Shown: positions 29,562 to 39,942 of the stretch, piece after piece | Layout: every line of letters starts with the position of its first letter | Numbering within the stretch: the stretch's first letter is position 1 | Source of the DNA: Bacteroidota bacterium | GTDB taxonomy: Bacteria > Bacteroidota > Bacteroidia > Bacteroidales > Lentimicrobiaceae | NCBI GenBank assembly: GCA_009773455.1 | Contig: WSXU01000001.1 | Coordinates: 117,186-181,185, forward strand | Direction: 5' to 3' | DNA: 64,000 nucleotides | Notes under the pieces: model-generated | Seen by the model: only the letters and a program-made list of their open reading frames with translations | Database searches by the model: none | What the model was told of the DNA's origin: nothing | Translations under genes and position numbers: made by a program

Positions 29562-29907
29562 CGTCTCAGTATAAATGTGATTGAATAAATACAACAATGA
29601 GAAAAACAGGAAACGCTGGAAGTTGTCTGAGCTGAAACACATGACTGAATGATCAGAAATCCTGATTTTCAGATGGTCAAAAAAACTGTTTCAGTGACTG
29701 GCAGATGGTGGGTTCAAAAACCCCGGAGCATTTTTCCGGTACTCTGGCGCGGAAAACATGGTGAATAAAAATAACAAGCAATTGCAATTATATGTTCATA
29801 TGTCGGTATATATACTATGAATGCTTTATGCCGGGACTCAGACCGGCATAAAAAGTTCATCCTCAGAAATGTTGAAGATCGGTTTAAGGATGTGGAATGA
29901 TGATGAA

Positions 29908-30861
29908 TCAGGCTTTAATAAACTGTCTGCTGACCCTGTTCTTTCCAGTTCCCTCCACAAGTGTGATGATGTAAACTCCGGCAGCCAGTCCTGAAATATC
30001 AATTCCGGTGGTTCTCCCATCTAATTCACCCTGCCTGAGAAGTTTCCCGCCGGCTCCGGAAATTGTGAAATAAATCGTTCCCTTGTAATCTGAATCATAA
30101 ACTACTGAAAGGAGGTCTCCGGCAGGATTGGGAAAGACCGAGACCTTGTCCTCTGCTGATGCAGGCTGTTTCACCGAGACGATATCTTCGGGACAAACGA
30201 CCGGAGTGAAACCCAGTGTGCCTTCGTTTGTCATCACACCTCTCCAGCACTGCCCGTCGGGCGATTTCATAATGATACCCCGGTCAATATTTTCAATATA
30301 AATATCACCGTCGGCAATGTGAAGTTTTGAAGCAGGGGCGGCGGTACCCAGGCCAAGGTAACCGTTGCCTGCGAGCCTCATCCGCTCGGTATACACGGAT
30401 TCATTGGCAGCAGTGGTATTAAATACAATGTATGACGGATAGCTGTCATAGTCAAGCCCCTGCCCTGCATAAAACAGGATACTGGAACTAAAACGCCAGG
30501 CATCGTTTAAATACATGGCCGAAGTGATACCGGTCAGCCGGTCACCGGCCATGACATTCTGAGGATAATCAACGGTACCCCTGGCACGCCTTCCGTTGAA
30601 AAGGCTGGCGACATAATGAATATCACTGGCAGAATACCCATCGAACGTAGCGTAATGGTTGTTCATGATGTTCATAATCCCAAACGTGGGATAAGTAATC
30701 ACTTCATCACACTTAAGTGTAAATTTCGAGGAAGGATAAGTTGTTCCGATGCCCAGATTGCCATTGAACTGGTAAATGTTCTGTGAAATTGTATCTACCT
30801 GGGCGTTAATATTTAAGCCAAGAAAAGCAATGCAAGATAGTAGTAAAAAGGATCTTTTCAT
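29908..30861 (-). CDS. T9SS cargo with GxxGIGT (tail-fibre-like) repeats
   Basis: Signal peptide; GNLGIGTTYPSSK and GYLGLGTAAPASKLHIADG; VFPNPA..LAAGVYII CTD. Confidence 0.78.
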   Translation of the reverse strand: MKRSFLLLSCIAFLGLNINAQVDTISQNIYQFNGNLGIGTTYPSSKFTLKCDEVITYPTFGIMNIMNNHYATFDGYSASDIHYVASLFNGRRARGTVDYPQNVMAGDRLTGITSAMYLNDAWRFSSSILFYAGQGLDYDSYPSYIVFNTTAANESVYTERMRLAGNGYLGLGTAAPASKLHIADGDIYIENIDRGIIMKSPDGQCWRGVMTNEGTLGFTPVVCPEDIVSVKQPASAEDKVSVFPNPAGDLLSVVYDSDYKGTIYFTISGAGGKLLRQGELDGRTTGIDISGLAAGVYIITLVEGTGKNRVSRQFIKA

Positions 30862-31155
30862 TATGACAGGATTTAATGTTTTTGAATATTGAAGCCTTAA
30901 TAGTATGCCTTTTTATTAGATAATTGTGGACTGAAATTCAATAAATACGAATTGTTAAAGTTAGACGAAATAACCCAAAAAAAGTGTTGATTTAAAATAT
31001 ATTTGATCCAAAATACAGGAGAACCCCGGTTATACTGATTTTTCAGATTTGCGGGAATTAAATTATAAAATACTGCAATGAGGATAATGCAGCTTCATCA
31101 ATCGCTTCAACAAAACCGGCAACTCCTTTGTTATTGAATAAAGGAAACCACAACC

Positions 31156-31446
31156 ATGGAAATTAGCATTTTTGAAACTGAAGCCAATGGCATGGCTTTT
31201 ATCGGGGGAAATGAAGGTGAAGAAAATCTCGCTGAAATGACCTGGGTAAAAGAGAGTGATGACTACATCATAATAGATCATACCATGGTCAGCGATTCAC
31301 TTAAAGGACAGGGAATTGGTCGGAAACTGCTCGACCGCATCGTTGAAATGGCCCGTGAACGCAACCTCAAAATCCGGCCACTCTGCCCCTTTGTAAAAAT
31401 AACTTTCGACAGGGTGCCCGAGTTAAAGGAACTGCTCTACGAATAG
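31156..31446 (+). CDS. Small GNAT family N-acetyltransferase (YjdJ-like)
   Basis: IIDHTMVSDSLKGQGIGRKL..KIRPLCPF. Confidence 0.88.
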   Translation: MEISIFETEANGMAFIGGNEGEENLAEMTWVKESDDYIIIDHTMVSDSLKGQGIGRKLLDRIVEMARERNLKIRPLCPFVKITFDRVPELKELLYE

Positions 31447-31476
31447 CAATCAGTCATCACCAAACAGGATTTACCA

Positions 31477-31905
31477 ATGGAGAAAGAAATCATCAGACAT
31501 TACAGTAACGGCGAAGTCACCATAAAATGGCAGCCGGGCAAATGCACGCATTCCACCCTTTGTTTCAGGGGTCTGCCCGGTGTATTCGATCCTGCCAGGA
31601 GGCCCTGGATAAATGCAGACGGCGCATCGACCGAAGAAATGATTGAACAGGTTAAAAAGTGCCCTTCGGGCGCACTCAGCTATACATTGAACAGACCCGA
31701 AAAACAGGAACCTACAGTGAGTTCACCCGTCAGAATTGACATTATGCCCGGTGGTCCCATGATTCTGCGTGGAGAATGCAACATCCGCTATGCCGATGGA
31801 ACAGAGGGTGTCATCAACAACATCAGTTCGTTCTGCCGCTGTGGTCATACCACCAACAGTCCGTTCTGCGACGGCAGCCACTATGAAGCGGGTTTTAAAG
31901 GATAA
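31477..31905 (+). CDS. Divergent 4Fe-4S mono-cluster (YjdI-like) plus CDGSH iron-sulfur domain protein
   Basis: KCTHSTLC..VF..RPWI..CPSGAL, then FCRCGHT..PFCDGSH. Confidence 0.88.
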   Translation: MEKEIIRHYSNGEVTIKWQPGKCTHSTLCFRGLPGVFDPARRPWINADGASTEEMIEQVKKCPSGALSYTLNRPEKQEPTVSSPVRIDIMPGGPMILRGECNIRYADGTEGVINNISSFCRCGHTTNSPFCDGSHYEAGFKG

Positions 31906-32008
31906 AAAAGTACAGGCAGGTAAATAGTTCCGGTACTTCTGACCGGTACTTTGAGCAATACGCCTGCCTCAAAAAACTAAATTTGATTCCGGTAAATTAC
32001 AGATCCAG

Positions 32009-32617
32009 ATGCGTAAAATCCTCATTCTCTTTGCCCATCCCCGTTATGAACATTCTGTTGTCAACAGAACCCTGATTGATTCAGGCAGGCAAAATCCAGC
32101 GGTAACCTTCCATGACCTGTATGAAAAATATCCCGATTTCAACATTAACGTTGCCCTGGAGCAGGATTTACTGATCAGCCACGACGTAATCATCTGGCAC
32201 CATCCCTTTTACTGGTACAGTTGTCCGCCGCTGCTGAAGCAATGGATCGACATGGTGCTTGAATTCAACTGGGCTTACGGGCCCAAAGGGGATAAACTAG
32301 CCGGAAAGACGGTCTTCAACACCATTACTACCGGAGGCAACCGGGAGGCCTATCAGCCAGAAGGCCGCAACCGCTTCGCGGTGAACCAGCTGCTTCTGCC
32401 ATTCGAACAGACGGCTTTTCTGTGTAAAATGAACTACCTGCCCCCTTTCGCGGTCCAGGGCACACACCGGCTCAGCCAGGAAGAACTCAGCGGACATGCT
32501 GAAAACTACAGGCAATTGCTTCAATTGATTGCCGACGGTGATTTTGATCCCGGAAGTCTCAAAAATCATGAATTACTCAACGATTATTTCATAAATACCA
32601 CAAACTATGGGCGGTGA
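32009..32617 (+). CDS. NAD(P)H-dependent oxidoreductase, KefG/KefF-like ancillary protein
   Basis: FAHP, DLYEKYPDF, HPFYWYSCPPLLKQWID, TTGG; overlaps the next gene. Confidence 0.88.
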   Translation: MRKILILFAHPRYEHSVVNRTLIDSGRQNPAVTFHDLYEKYPDFNINVALEQDLLISHDVIIWHHPFYWYSCPPLLKQWIDMVLEFNWAYGPKGDKLAGKTVFNTITTGGNREAYQPEGRNRFAVNQLLLPFEQTAFLCKMNYLPPFAVQGTHRLSQEELSGHAENYRQLLQLIADGDFDPGSLKNHELLNDYFINTTNYGR

Positions 32618-34481
32618 TTTCCTGCTTCAGGCAACCATCTATATGGGCGCTGCCATCATCTGCGTACCCCTTGCCAAAAAGCTTGGCATGGGGTCGGTTC
32701 TGGGCTATCTGATGGCCGGAGTGCTGGTGGGGCCGTTTCTGCTGGGGTTTATCGGGGAAGAAGGTTCGGATATCATGCATTTCGCCGAATTCGGGGTAGT
32801 CATGATGCTTTTCCTTGTCGGTCTTGAACTTGATCCTTCAAGACTATGGAGCCTTCGTAAACTTATCCTGGGCACCGGATTGTCGCAGGTTGCCGGCACT
32901 ACCCTTCTGGTGTTCCTGGCAGCTCTGGCACTTGGAATGCACTGGCAGGGCGCCCTGGCCATCGGCATGTCGCTGGCGATGTCGTCAACAGCAATTGTGC
33001 TGCAATCGATGAAAGAAAAAGACCAGCTGAAAACAGAAGCCGGTCAGAACAGTTTCGCCATTCTTCTTTTCCAGGACATTGCCGTGATTCCCATTCTGGC
33101 TGTGCTCCCGTTGCTGGCAGTTCAGTCAGCAGGAAGTTCAGATGGTCATCACTCCCTGTTCGAATCACTTCCGGGATGGCTTTACACCCTAGCCCTGCTG
33201 GGGACAATCACTTCGGTCGTAATTATCGGACGGTTTCTGGTACCTCCCCTGCTGAGGCTGGTCGCCAAAACCAGGATCAGGGAACTTTTTACGGCTTCAG
33301 CGCTGCTGATCGTGGTAGGCATAGCCTTCCTGATGACCATGGCCGGTCTGAGTCCTGCGCTTGGAACCTTCCTTGCCGGGGTAATTCTGGCCAACAGTTC
33401 ATTCAGGCACGAACTGGAATCGGACCTTGAACCATTCAAGGGATTGCTGTTGGGATTGTTTTTCATGGCAGTCGGCGCCTCCATCAATTTCGGCCTGATT
33501 GGTGAAAATCCCGTTACAGTCCTTAGTTTATCTGTAGGAATTATTGTCCTGAAAACCATCATCATACTGATTATCGGGAAATTCTTCAGGATGTCGGTCG
33601 ATCAGAACCTGATCATGGCGGTAAGCCTTGCCCAGGTTGGTGAATTTGCCTTCGTAACCTTGTCATTCATCAGCCAGTTGAGCATACTCACCCCGGACCA
33701 GGTGGGCCTGATGATGGCTGTAACTGCAATCAGCATGGCCATGACCCCGGTGATGATCCTGGTGCTCGAAAAGTTGATTTTACCGCGTTTGGGCACAAAG
33801 ATCAACGAGGATAAACCTGCCGATGAAATTGATGAAAAACAGAGGGTCATCATCGCCGGCTTTTCGCACTTTGGAAGCACCCTGGGCCGTTTTCTGAGGG
33901 CAAACGGCGTGAATGCCACCATCCTGGACCATGACTCCGACAGGGTCGAATTGCTGCGAAAAATGGGATTCAAGGTGTTCTACGGCGATGCCACCCGTGC
34001 TGATCTGCTTGAATCGGCGGGCGCTGCTGAGGCCCACATCCTTGTCTCGGCGATCGACTCCCCCGAAACCAATCTGCAGCTGGTTGAGACTGCCCGGAAA
34101 CATTTTCCGCATCTCCGGCTGATGATCAGGGCCAGGAACCGATTTGATGCCTATGAACTGATGAACATCGATGTGATGAACCCCTACCGTGAACATCTTG
34201 ACACTTCGGTTCGCATGGGAGTGGATGTGCTGAAGGAACTGGGTTACCGTTCCTATACCCTGCACCGGGCTGCTCAGCAGTTTATCCGTTACGATGAAGA
34301 GGCCATGCATGATCTTTATCAGTTGCGGCACGACAGAAACCTGTATATTTCTGCATCACGCAAACAGATTGAAATGCAGGAAGAACTGCTGAACAACGAC
34401 TTCAGGCAACGACCCGACCTGAACGACCATGCCTGGGACAGCGGCGAAATGAAAAAAAGCACAGGCGGAACGGAGAAGTAA
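32607..34481 (+). CDS. CPA2 K+/H+ antiporter, KefB/KefC-like, with KTN domain
   Basis: HFAEFGVVMMLFLVGLEL, LLFQDIA, RHELESDLEPFKGLLLGLFF loop, VFYGDATR. Confidence 0.92.
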   Translation: MGGDFLLQATIYMGAAIICVPLAKKLGMGSVLGYLMAGVLVGPFLLGFIGEEGSDIMHFAEFGVVMMLFLVGLELDPSRLWSLRKLILGTGLSQVAGTTLLVFLAALALGMHWQGALAIGMSLAMSSTAIVLQSMKEKDQLKTEAGQNSFAILLFQDIAVIPILAVLPLLAVQSAGSSDGHHSLFESLPGWLYTLALLGTITSVVIIGRFLVPPLLRLVAKTRIRELFTASALLIVVGIAFLMTMAGLSPALGTFLAGVILANSSFRHELESDLEPFKGLLLGLFFMAVGASINFGLIGENPVTVLSLSVGIIVLKTIIILIIGKFFRMSVDQNLIMAVSLAQVGEFAFVTLSFISQLSILTPDQVGLMMAVTAISMAMTPVMILVLEKLILPRLGTKINEDKPADEIDEKQRVIIAGFSHFGSTLGRFLRANGVNATILDHDSDRVELLRKMGFKVFYGDATRADLLESAGAAEAHILVSAIDSPETNLQLVETARKHFPHLRLMIRARNRFDAYELMNIDVMNPYREHLDTSVRMGVDVLKELGYRSYTLHRAAQQFIRYDEEAMHDLYQLRHDRNLYISASRKQIEMQEELLNNDFRQRPDLNDHAWDSGEMKKSTGGTEK

Positions 34482-34538
34482 AGTGAAATTCTGATTGAAT
34501 GCCCTGTTCTTTGTGATCACGGATAAAATGAAGATTCC

Positions 34539-36092
34539 CTATTTGAGGAGCGGCATGGCCCAGCCGGGAAACTCGCCCGGGTTAATATCAAACACTGCTG
34601 AACCAATCAGGTAAAATGCTGCTGTTATAATAACTGCTCCGATCAGGTTCAGCCAGAATCCGGTCCGGGCCATTTCCAAAATGGTCACTCGCCTGGTACC
34701 GAAAATAATGGCATTGGGCGGAGTGGCTGCCGGCAACATAAACGCCATGGATGCCGAGAGGGTGGCCGGTATCATATAAAGTAACGGATGCGTGTGGGTG
34801 GCAACGGCCATTCCGGCCATCACCGGAAGTATCATTTCGGTAGTTGCCGTATTCGAAGTAAGCTCGGTCAGGAAAGTTACCAGCAGGCAAATGATCAGCA
34901 CAACCACAACCGGCGGCAAAACGGATATTCCCTGAAGTTGTTCCCCCAGCCACAGCGATAACCCTGAATCCCTGAAGCCATTGGCAAGGGCAAACCCTCC
35001 GCCAAACAACAGCACGATATCCCAGGGCAGATGACTGGCTGTATCCCAGTCCATAATCCTTGTTCCTTTACTGTCCTTAACAGGAATCATAAAAAGCGGC
35101 AAAGAAACAGCAATGGCAATGGTTCCGTCGTTGATAAATTCCGGTTTACCGAACAATGAAGCCCATCCCCTGATGGTTGCAGAGCCGATTTCCAGGTCTG
35201 ACCGGGTAATCCATAATAAGGCCATCAAAAGGAAAACAGCCAGCACAATTTTTTCCTCCCGGCTCATGGGGCCGAGATCCTTCTTCATCTGACGGATCGG
35301 AAGTTCATTCAGGACAGACTCTGACACTTTTACCCTGGCATACCGCTGGTAGAGAAGTATATAGGCGGCAGCAATCAGCAGAATCCCGACCGGAACAGCA
35401 AACAACATCCACTGGAGAAAGGTAACTGCCGGAGCCTGGGGAAACATCACCTGATAAATTCTTAAAAAGGATAGATTAGGGGGTGTCCCTACCAGTGTCA
35501 TAATGCCACCAATGGATGCGCTGTAAGCCACACCCAAAAGCAGCCCGGTTGAGAAAGATCTTTTTTTCGCCGGCTCCGGTTCTATCTGTGTCAGCACCGA
35601 CATCAGGATAGGAACAACCATCATGGCAGTAGCGGTATTCGACATCCACATACTGAGCAGGGCAGTAGCCAGCATAAAGCCAAGAAGTAACCGCGATTTC
35701 CCTGTTCCGGTAATGCTGAGAATATTAAGAGCAATGCGCCGGTGTAGTTCCCACCGCTGCATGGCCAGGGCAATCAGAAATCCTCCGATAAAAAGGAAAA
35801 TTACATGGTTAAAATAAGCGGATGAAACGGTTTGTCCGTCCATCACACTCAAAAGCGGAAAAAGCGCCACCGGAAGCAGTGAAGTAATGGCGAGTGGAAC
35901 CGGCTCCAGTATCCACCAGATCGCCATCCAGGCAGCTATGGCCAGGGTATACCCAATCTCCGGATGAGCAGGTTCCGGCTTGTAAAACAACATAAGCGAT
36001 GCAGAAACCACAGGACCCGCCCACAGGGCGAAGCCTTGCGACCTGAGGGTTGAAACACCCAGCGATATCTGAAACCGATCCTGATTTTTCAT
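34539..36092 (-). CDS. SLC13/DASS family anion transporter
   Basis: SMWMSNTAT, GTPPN, TELTSNTAT, FMLPAATPPNAI; start 36092 avoids overlap with the upstream gene. Confidence 0.9.
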   Translation of the reverse strand: MKNQDRFQISLGVSTLRSQGFALWAGPVVSASLMLFYKPEPAHPEIGYTLAIAAWMAIWWILEPVPLAITSLLPVALFPLLSVMDGQTVSSAYFNHVIFLFIGGFLIALAMQRWELHRRIALNILSITGTGKSRLLLGFMLATALLSMWMSNTATAMMVVPILMSVLTQIEPEPAKKRSFSTGLLLGVAYSASIGGIMTLVGTPPNLSFLRIYQVMFPQAPAVTFLQWMLFAVPVGILLIAAAYILLYQRYARVKVSESVLNELPIRQMKKDLGPMSREEKIVLAVFLLMALLWITRSDLEIGSATIRGWASLFGKPEFINDGTIAIAVSLPLFMIPVKDSKGTRIMDWDTASHLPWDIVLLFGGGFALANGFRDSGLSLWLGEQLQGISVLPPVVVVLIICLLVTFLTELTSNTATTEMILPVMAGMAVATHTHPLLYMIPATLSASMAFMLPAATPPNAIIFGTRRVTILEMARTGFWLNLIGAVIITAAFYLIGSAVFDINPGEFPGWAMPLLK

Positions 36093-36162
36093 AGCATCAT
36101 TGCGTTCATTTGTACTGATTAGCCGGCAACTGAAAACCAGAGCCGGGTGATTCGTGAAAATA

Positions 36163-37089
36163 CTATTGTTTTGATTCCGTCCTTTCAAGGAAGCTACCCA
36201 CCACCTTCAGATATTCATCAGGTTTTTCAATCTGGTGAGAATGTGATGCGCCGGTAAAAACATGCATTTCGGATCCCCTTATTCTGCTTTGAAAAAATGC
36301 AGTAGTGTGGATGGTCGATTCATCGAACTCTCCACAGGTCAGCAATAAAGGTACCCTGATCAGATTCAGCCTTTCTGTCAGGTCCGCGTCCCTGAGGGTT
36401 CCATTCATAGTGAATTCACTGGGTCCCCACATATGTCCGTAAACTTCAGCGCCCATCTTTTCCATGGTCCGGTTCAGGCATTCAGGCCAGGGATCCATCC
36501 GGCAGAGGTGTTTTTTATAGAAAACCATCATGGCGTCCTGGTAAGGAATGGAATCAAAATCTCCATTCTCCTCACACAACCTGATCGTTTCTTTTACCTC
36601 GTCAGGAAGCTGGGAAACCAGCATTTGCTGATCGGTCATCCAAAGGCCGGTACTCAGATATGGGGCAGATAATACCAGGCTTACTATACCCGGGTGATTT
36701 TCGCGGAGCAGGTATTCAACCGCTAGCATGGTTCCCCACGACTGACCAAGCAGGTGAAAACGGTCCAGTTTTAATGCCTTCCTCACCGATTCAAGCTCTG
36801 CGACAAACCGTTCTACCTTCCACAATGAAACATCGGAAGGCCTGTCAGAATTACCGCAACCCAGCTGATCGTAAAATATAACCGGCCGATTGGCCGACAA
36901 TGCTTCCAGTGGTTGAAGATAATCGTGGGGAGCACCGGGCCCTCCGTGGACCGTCAGCAGCGGAATCCCAGGTTTTTCGCTGCCGGCAATGCCGTACCAC
37001 ACCTTTCCGCCGGGTACTTCAATCCTACCTTCGGTTAGAATCAATGGTTCATTTAGCTTAATGCCCGAAGGAGAAACAACTTTAGTCAT
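36163..37089 (-). CDS. Proline iminopeptidase family hydrolase
   Basis: HGGPG, YDQLGCGNS, GQSWG, GEFDE, ASHS. Confidence 0.9.
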   Translation of the reverse strand: MTKVVSPSGIKLNEPLILTEGRIEVPGGKVWYGIAGSEKPGIPLLTVHGGPGAPHDYLQPLEALSANRPVIFYDQLGCGNSDRPSDVSLWKVERFVAELESVRKALKLDRFHLLGQSWGTMLAVEYLLRENHPGIVSLVLSAPYLSTGLWMTDQQMLVSQLPDEVKETIRLCEENGDFDSIPYQDAMMVFYKKHLCRMDPWPECLNRTMEKMGAEVYGHMWGPSEFTMNGTLRDADLTERLNLIRVPLLLTCGEFDESTIHTTAFFQSRIRGSEMHVFTGASHSHQIEKPDEYLKVVGSFLERTESKQ

Positions 37090-37143
37090 AAGATTCCGTT
37101 TTTCGATTTCTATAAAACAGGTTCTTTGGGAGGATACTGAAAA

Positions 37144-37995
37144 TTATCCCAATTCAAAGCTGGTCACACCGAATATTTTATCCATTGGAAGCTCAGGTGC
37201 TTTTCCCCTGTACATGCGTGCGGTTTCAAAAACGACCTGCATTTTATTATTTTCAGCAAGCAGAATGGCGACCCTGTTCACCTCCGGAACATCCAGAAAG
37301 AAAGCTGCACCTGCCGGTAAGCCTGAGATCAATGCCATGAACAGTTTTTCCGCTGTTTCAGAATTAACGGCAAACAGCGGGCCTATTTTGTAACCTGTCC
37401 GGCATTCCCTGATAACACCATATCCCCTCAGAACACGGTCTTTCACAAATCCCAGTGATGTACATCCCGGCTGCCGTATCCAGCACTTTATAAACTGCTT
37501 CCGCTCAGCGGGAAAGAAAAGCCTGTCGAAAGTGCAGATTTTACCGAACGGAACCTGCTGTAATCCGATGATACCTAAGTCATTCGGGGCCGGTATACCA
37601 CCAGTCCCCTGATACCGGATATTCCGGTGAGCAAGTGCAAAACCTGATTTCCGATAATCATCCTGCCGTTCCACCACCCCATCGAGACCTGTTGTTACAT
37701 TGCCAAGATATTCCATGCCCGCCTTCCACAATCGAAGTCCGTATCCTTTGCCGCGAAATGCAGGTTTAACAATATAGAAGCCAAGAAATCCGAAGTCAGC
37801 CCCATACTTTACCACAGAGATGGTTGCAACGGGCTCTCCGTCAACCAGCCCCACAAGAAATCCGCCGGGGTCGGCAGCATGAAAACAATGGGCGTCATAC
37901 AGGCCCGGATTCCAACCCTCCAGGGCTGCCCAACCGATGGCCACATCGATTTCGTCGCGGGTCATCTGTCTGATGGTATATTTATTCTCCGGCAT
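37144..37995 (-). CDS. GNAT N-acetyltransferase with YitH-like C-terminal domain
   Basis: WAALEGWNPG, FRGKGYG, YRKSGF, KIGPLFA, FETARMY; start 37995 preferred. Confidence 0.85.
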   Translation of the reverse strand: MPENKYTIRQMTRDEIDVAIGWAALEGWNPGLYDAHCFHAADPGGFLVGLVDGEPVATISVVKYGADFGFLGFYIVKPAFRGKGYGLRLWKAGMEYLGNVTTGLDGVVERQDDYRKSGFALAHRNIRYQGTGGIPAPNDLGIIGLQQVPFGKICTFDRLFFPAERKQFIKCWIRQPGCTSLGFVKDRVLRGYGVIRECRTGYKIGPLFAVNSETAEKLFMALISGLPAGAAFFLDVPEVNRVAILLAENNKMQVVFETARMYRGKAPELPMDKIFGVTSFELG

Positions 37996-38409
37996 GTTGC
38001 TGATTAATAATACCAAAATTTTTTATCTCCGAACTGAGTCATGCAAATACAGCCTGTATTATCCGTCATGGCTGAATAAGGGCTGACATGTATAGAACTT
38101 TTATTGAGTTAATCCATTTTTAGGATAAAAATAACCGGTTTAAACAGACTTTCTGAATATTTTTAATCCCCTTTTATGAGTCAGTATCCGTAAGGAGGGG
38201 TCGCTCAGCAACGGATTGCCGGTTGATAATCTTTCATGTGGTTTAAAACCGGATAGTTTCACAGGATATTTCAGCGGTTTATCCATCAGGATCAGATATC
38301 ATATTCCGGTCAGAAGGAGGACATTTCTACTGAAAAAACCTTATCTTTATTGTTCCCGGGATAACAGTAAATCAAGGTAATTTTCCGGCAATTAAATCCA
38401 GACAGCATT

Positions 38410-39333
38410 ATGAGAAGGTTCAATTCTTTTGCAGCACTGATTTTCATTTTCATCCTGGCCATTGGGGCAGGACTGGCATATTCAATCTACAACACCCCTT
38501 CCGACAGCGGAAAAAGTGCGGGCATTTTTATCCTCACTGTGCTGATTGCGATTGTAGTTTCGTCTTCCATCAAAGTGGCTGACCAGTGGGAGAAGGCCGT
38601 GATATTACGGCTTGGGAAATTCAATACCCTCAAAGGACCCGGTTTGTTTTTTATTATCCCTGTTATCGACGCCATCCCCTACTGGATAGATACCCGGGTG
38701 ATTACAACGACCTTTAAAACTGAGAAAACCCTGACCAAAGATACCGTTCCCGTTGATGTGGATGCCGTTCTTTTCTGGAAGGTAATTGACTCAAAGAAGG
38801 CGGCCCTCGATGTAGCCAATTACCAGACAGCCATCAGTTGGGCATCGCAGACTGCCCTCAGGGATGTTATCGGAAAAACCATGCTTTCTGATATGCTTGA
38901 AGGCAGGGAAAAAATCAGTTTTGAACTGCAGAAGATCATTGACGAGCGCTCAGAACCCTGGGGTGTAAATGTAATTTCAGTTGAGGTGAAGGATGTTCTG
39001 ATACCCCCGGCACTGGAGGATGCCATGTCGATGCAGGCTCAGGCCGAACGCGAAAGGCAGGCCCGTGTTATCCTCGGTGATTCAGAACGGCAGGTAGCCG
39101 AGAAATTCGGCGAAGCAGCCAAAACCTATGCCGACAATCCCACGGCATTGCATCTCAGGGCTATGAATATGCTGTATGAAGGTCTGAAGCAGAACGCAAC
39201 CATCGTAGTTGTGCCCAGTTCAGCGCTTGAGACGATGCAGCTTGGGGGCATCAGCGGTGTTACCGCGCTTACCATGGAACTTCAGAGAGACAGGCAAAAC
39301 AGGGATAAGGAAGCCGGCACCGCGCCAGTCTGA
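38410..39333 (+). CDS. SPFH/slipin (stomatin-like) protein
   Basis: QWEKAVILRLG, GPGLFFIIP, LTKDTVPVDVDAV, QTALRDVIG, QAQAERERQA. Confidence 0.92.
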   Translation: MRRFNSFAALIFIFILAIGAGLAYSIYNTPSDSGKSAGIFILTVLIAIVVSSSIKVADQWEKAVILRLGKFNTLKGPGLFFIIPVIDAIPYWIDTRVITTTFKTEKTLTKDTVPVDVDAVLFWKVIDSKKAALDVANYQTAISWASQTALRDVIGKTMLSDMLEGREKISFELQKIIDERSEPWGVNVISVEVKDVLIPPALEDAMSMQAQAERERQARVILGDSERQVAEKFGEAAKTYADNPTALHLRAMNMLYEGLKQNATIVVVPSSALETMQLGGISGVTALTMELQRDRQNRDKEAGTAPV

Positions 39334-39457
39334 TCCCCAAATTTTAATGCCTGTAATCTGTTTTAAATCGGAGATACGATTTTATATGAATTCCGGGTTT
39401 GAAACAGCGGCTTTGTGACTTCTTTATTAAATTTGTTATTCCAAAAATATATCTTCC

Positions 39458-39757
39458 ATGCCAGTTCCCCCGACAGGTGCCATCATTGCAGCAAGAATCA
39501 GAAAGAGTATCGATCAATTTATTAAGGCTGAAGCCTGGTCAGAAAGGAGCGCCAGAACCCCTGAAGAACTTGGTGTCAGAAAGAGTCTTATCTTTCAAAG
39601 GCTGGTAAATGCCGGCGTATTTGTTGAAACTTCAGGAAACAGGTATTTCCTGCACCGGGAGAACCTCAACATTTATCAGAACAACAGAAGAAAACGGGCA
39701 ACCATTGCCCTGATCGTAATTTTCGCGATCATTATACTTTATTCATTGTTGAGCTGA
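39458..39757 (+). CDS. Small hypothetical protein with C-terminal TM helix
   Basis: 99-aa ORF filling the gap; hydrophobic C-terminus IALIVIFAIIILYSLL. Confidence 0.6.
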   Translation: MPVPPTGAIIAARIRKSIDQFIKAEAWSERSARTPEELGVRKSLIFQRLVNAGVFVETSGNRYFLHRENLNIYQNNRRKRATIALIVIFAIIILYSLLS

Positions 39758-39942
39758 TTTTCATTATTACAGCTCTTTATTTTCATTCCTGGAGAAACCC
39801 TGGAATTAAAGTTTCATTCCTTTCATCTGAACTTTCTTTTTCTGCATGGGTTAATCTATAAAACGACCTGTTTCTCTCTCTTTTCCGGTGAGGCTTATCC
39901 TTTTTTATTCCTGTATATTTTATCATTTAAAATGAAACACTT

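Noticed and set aside
38160-38225. ATCCGT..ACGGAT hairpin in the divergent gap before the SPFH gene as an sRNA
   Set aside because: Only a 6-bp stem, with no terminator tract or second copy; insufficient support.
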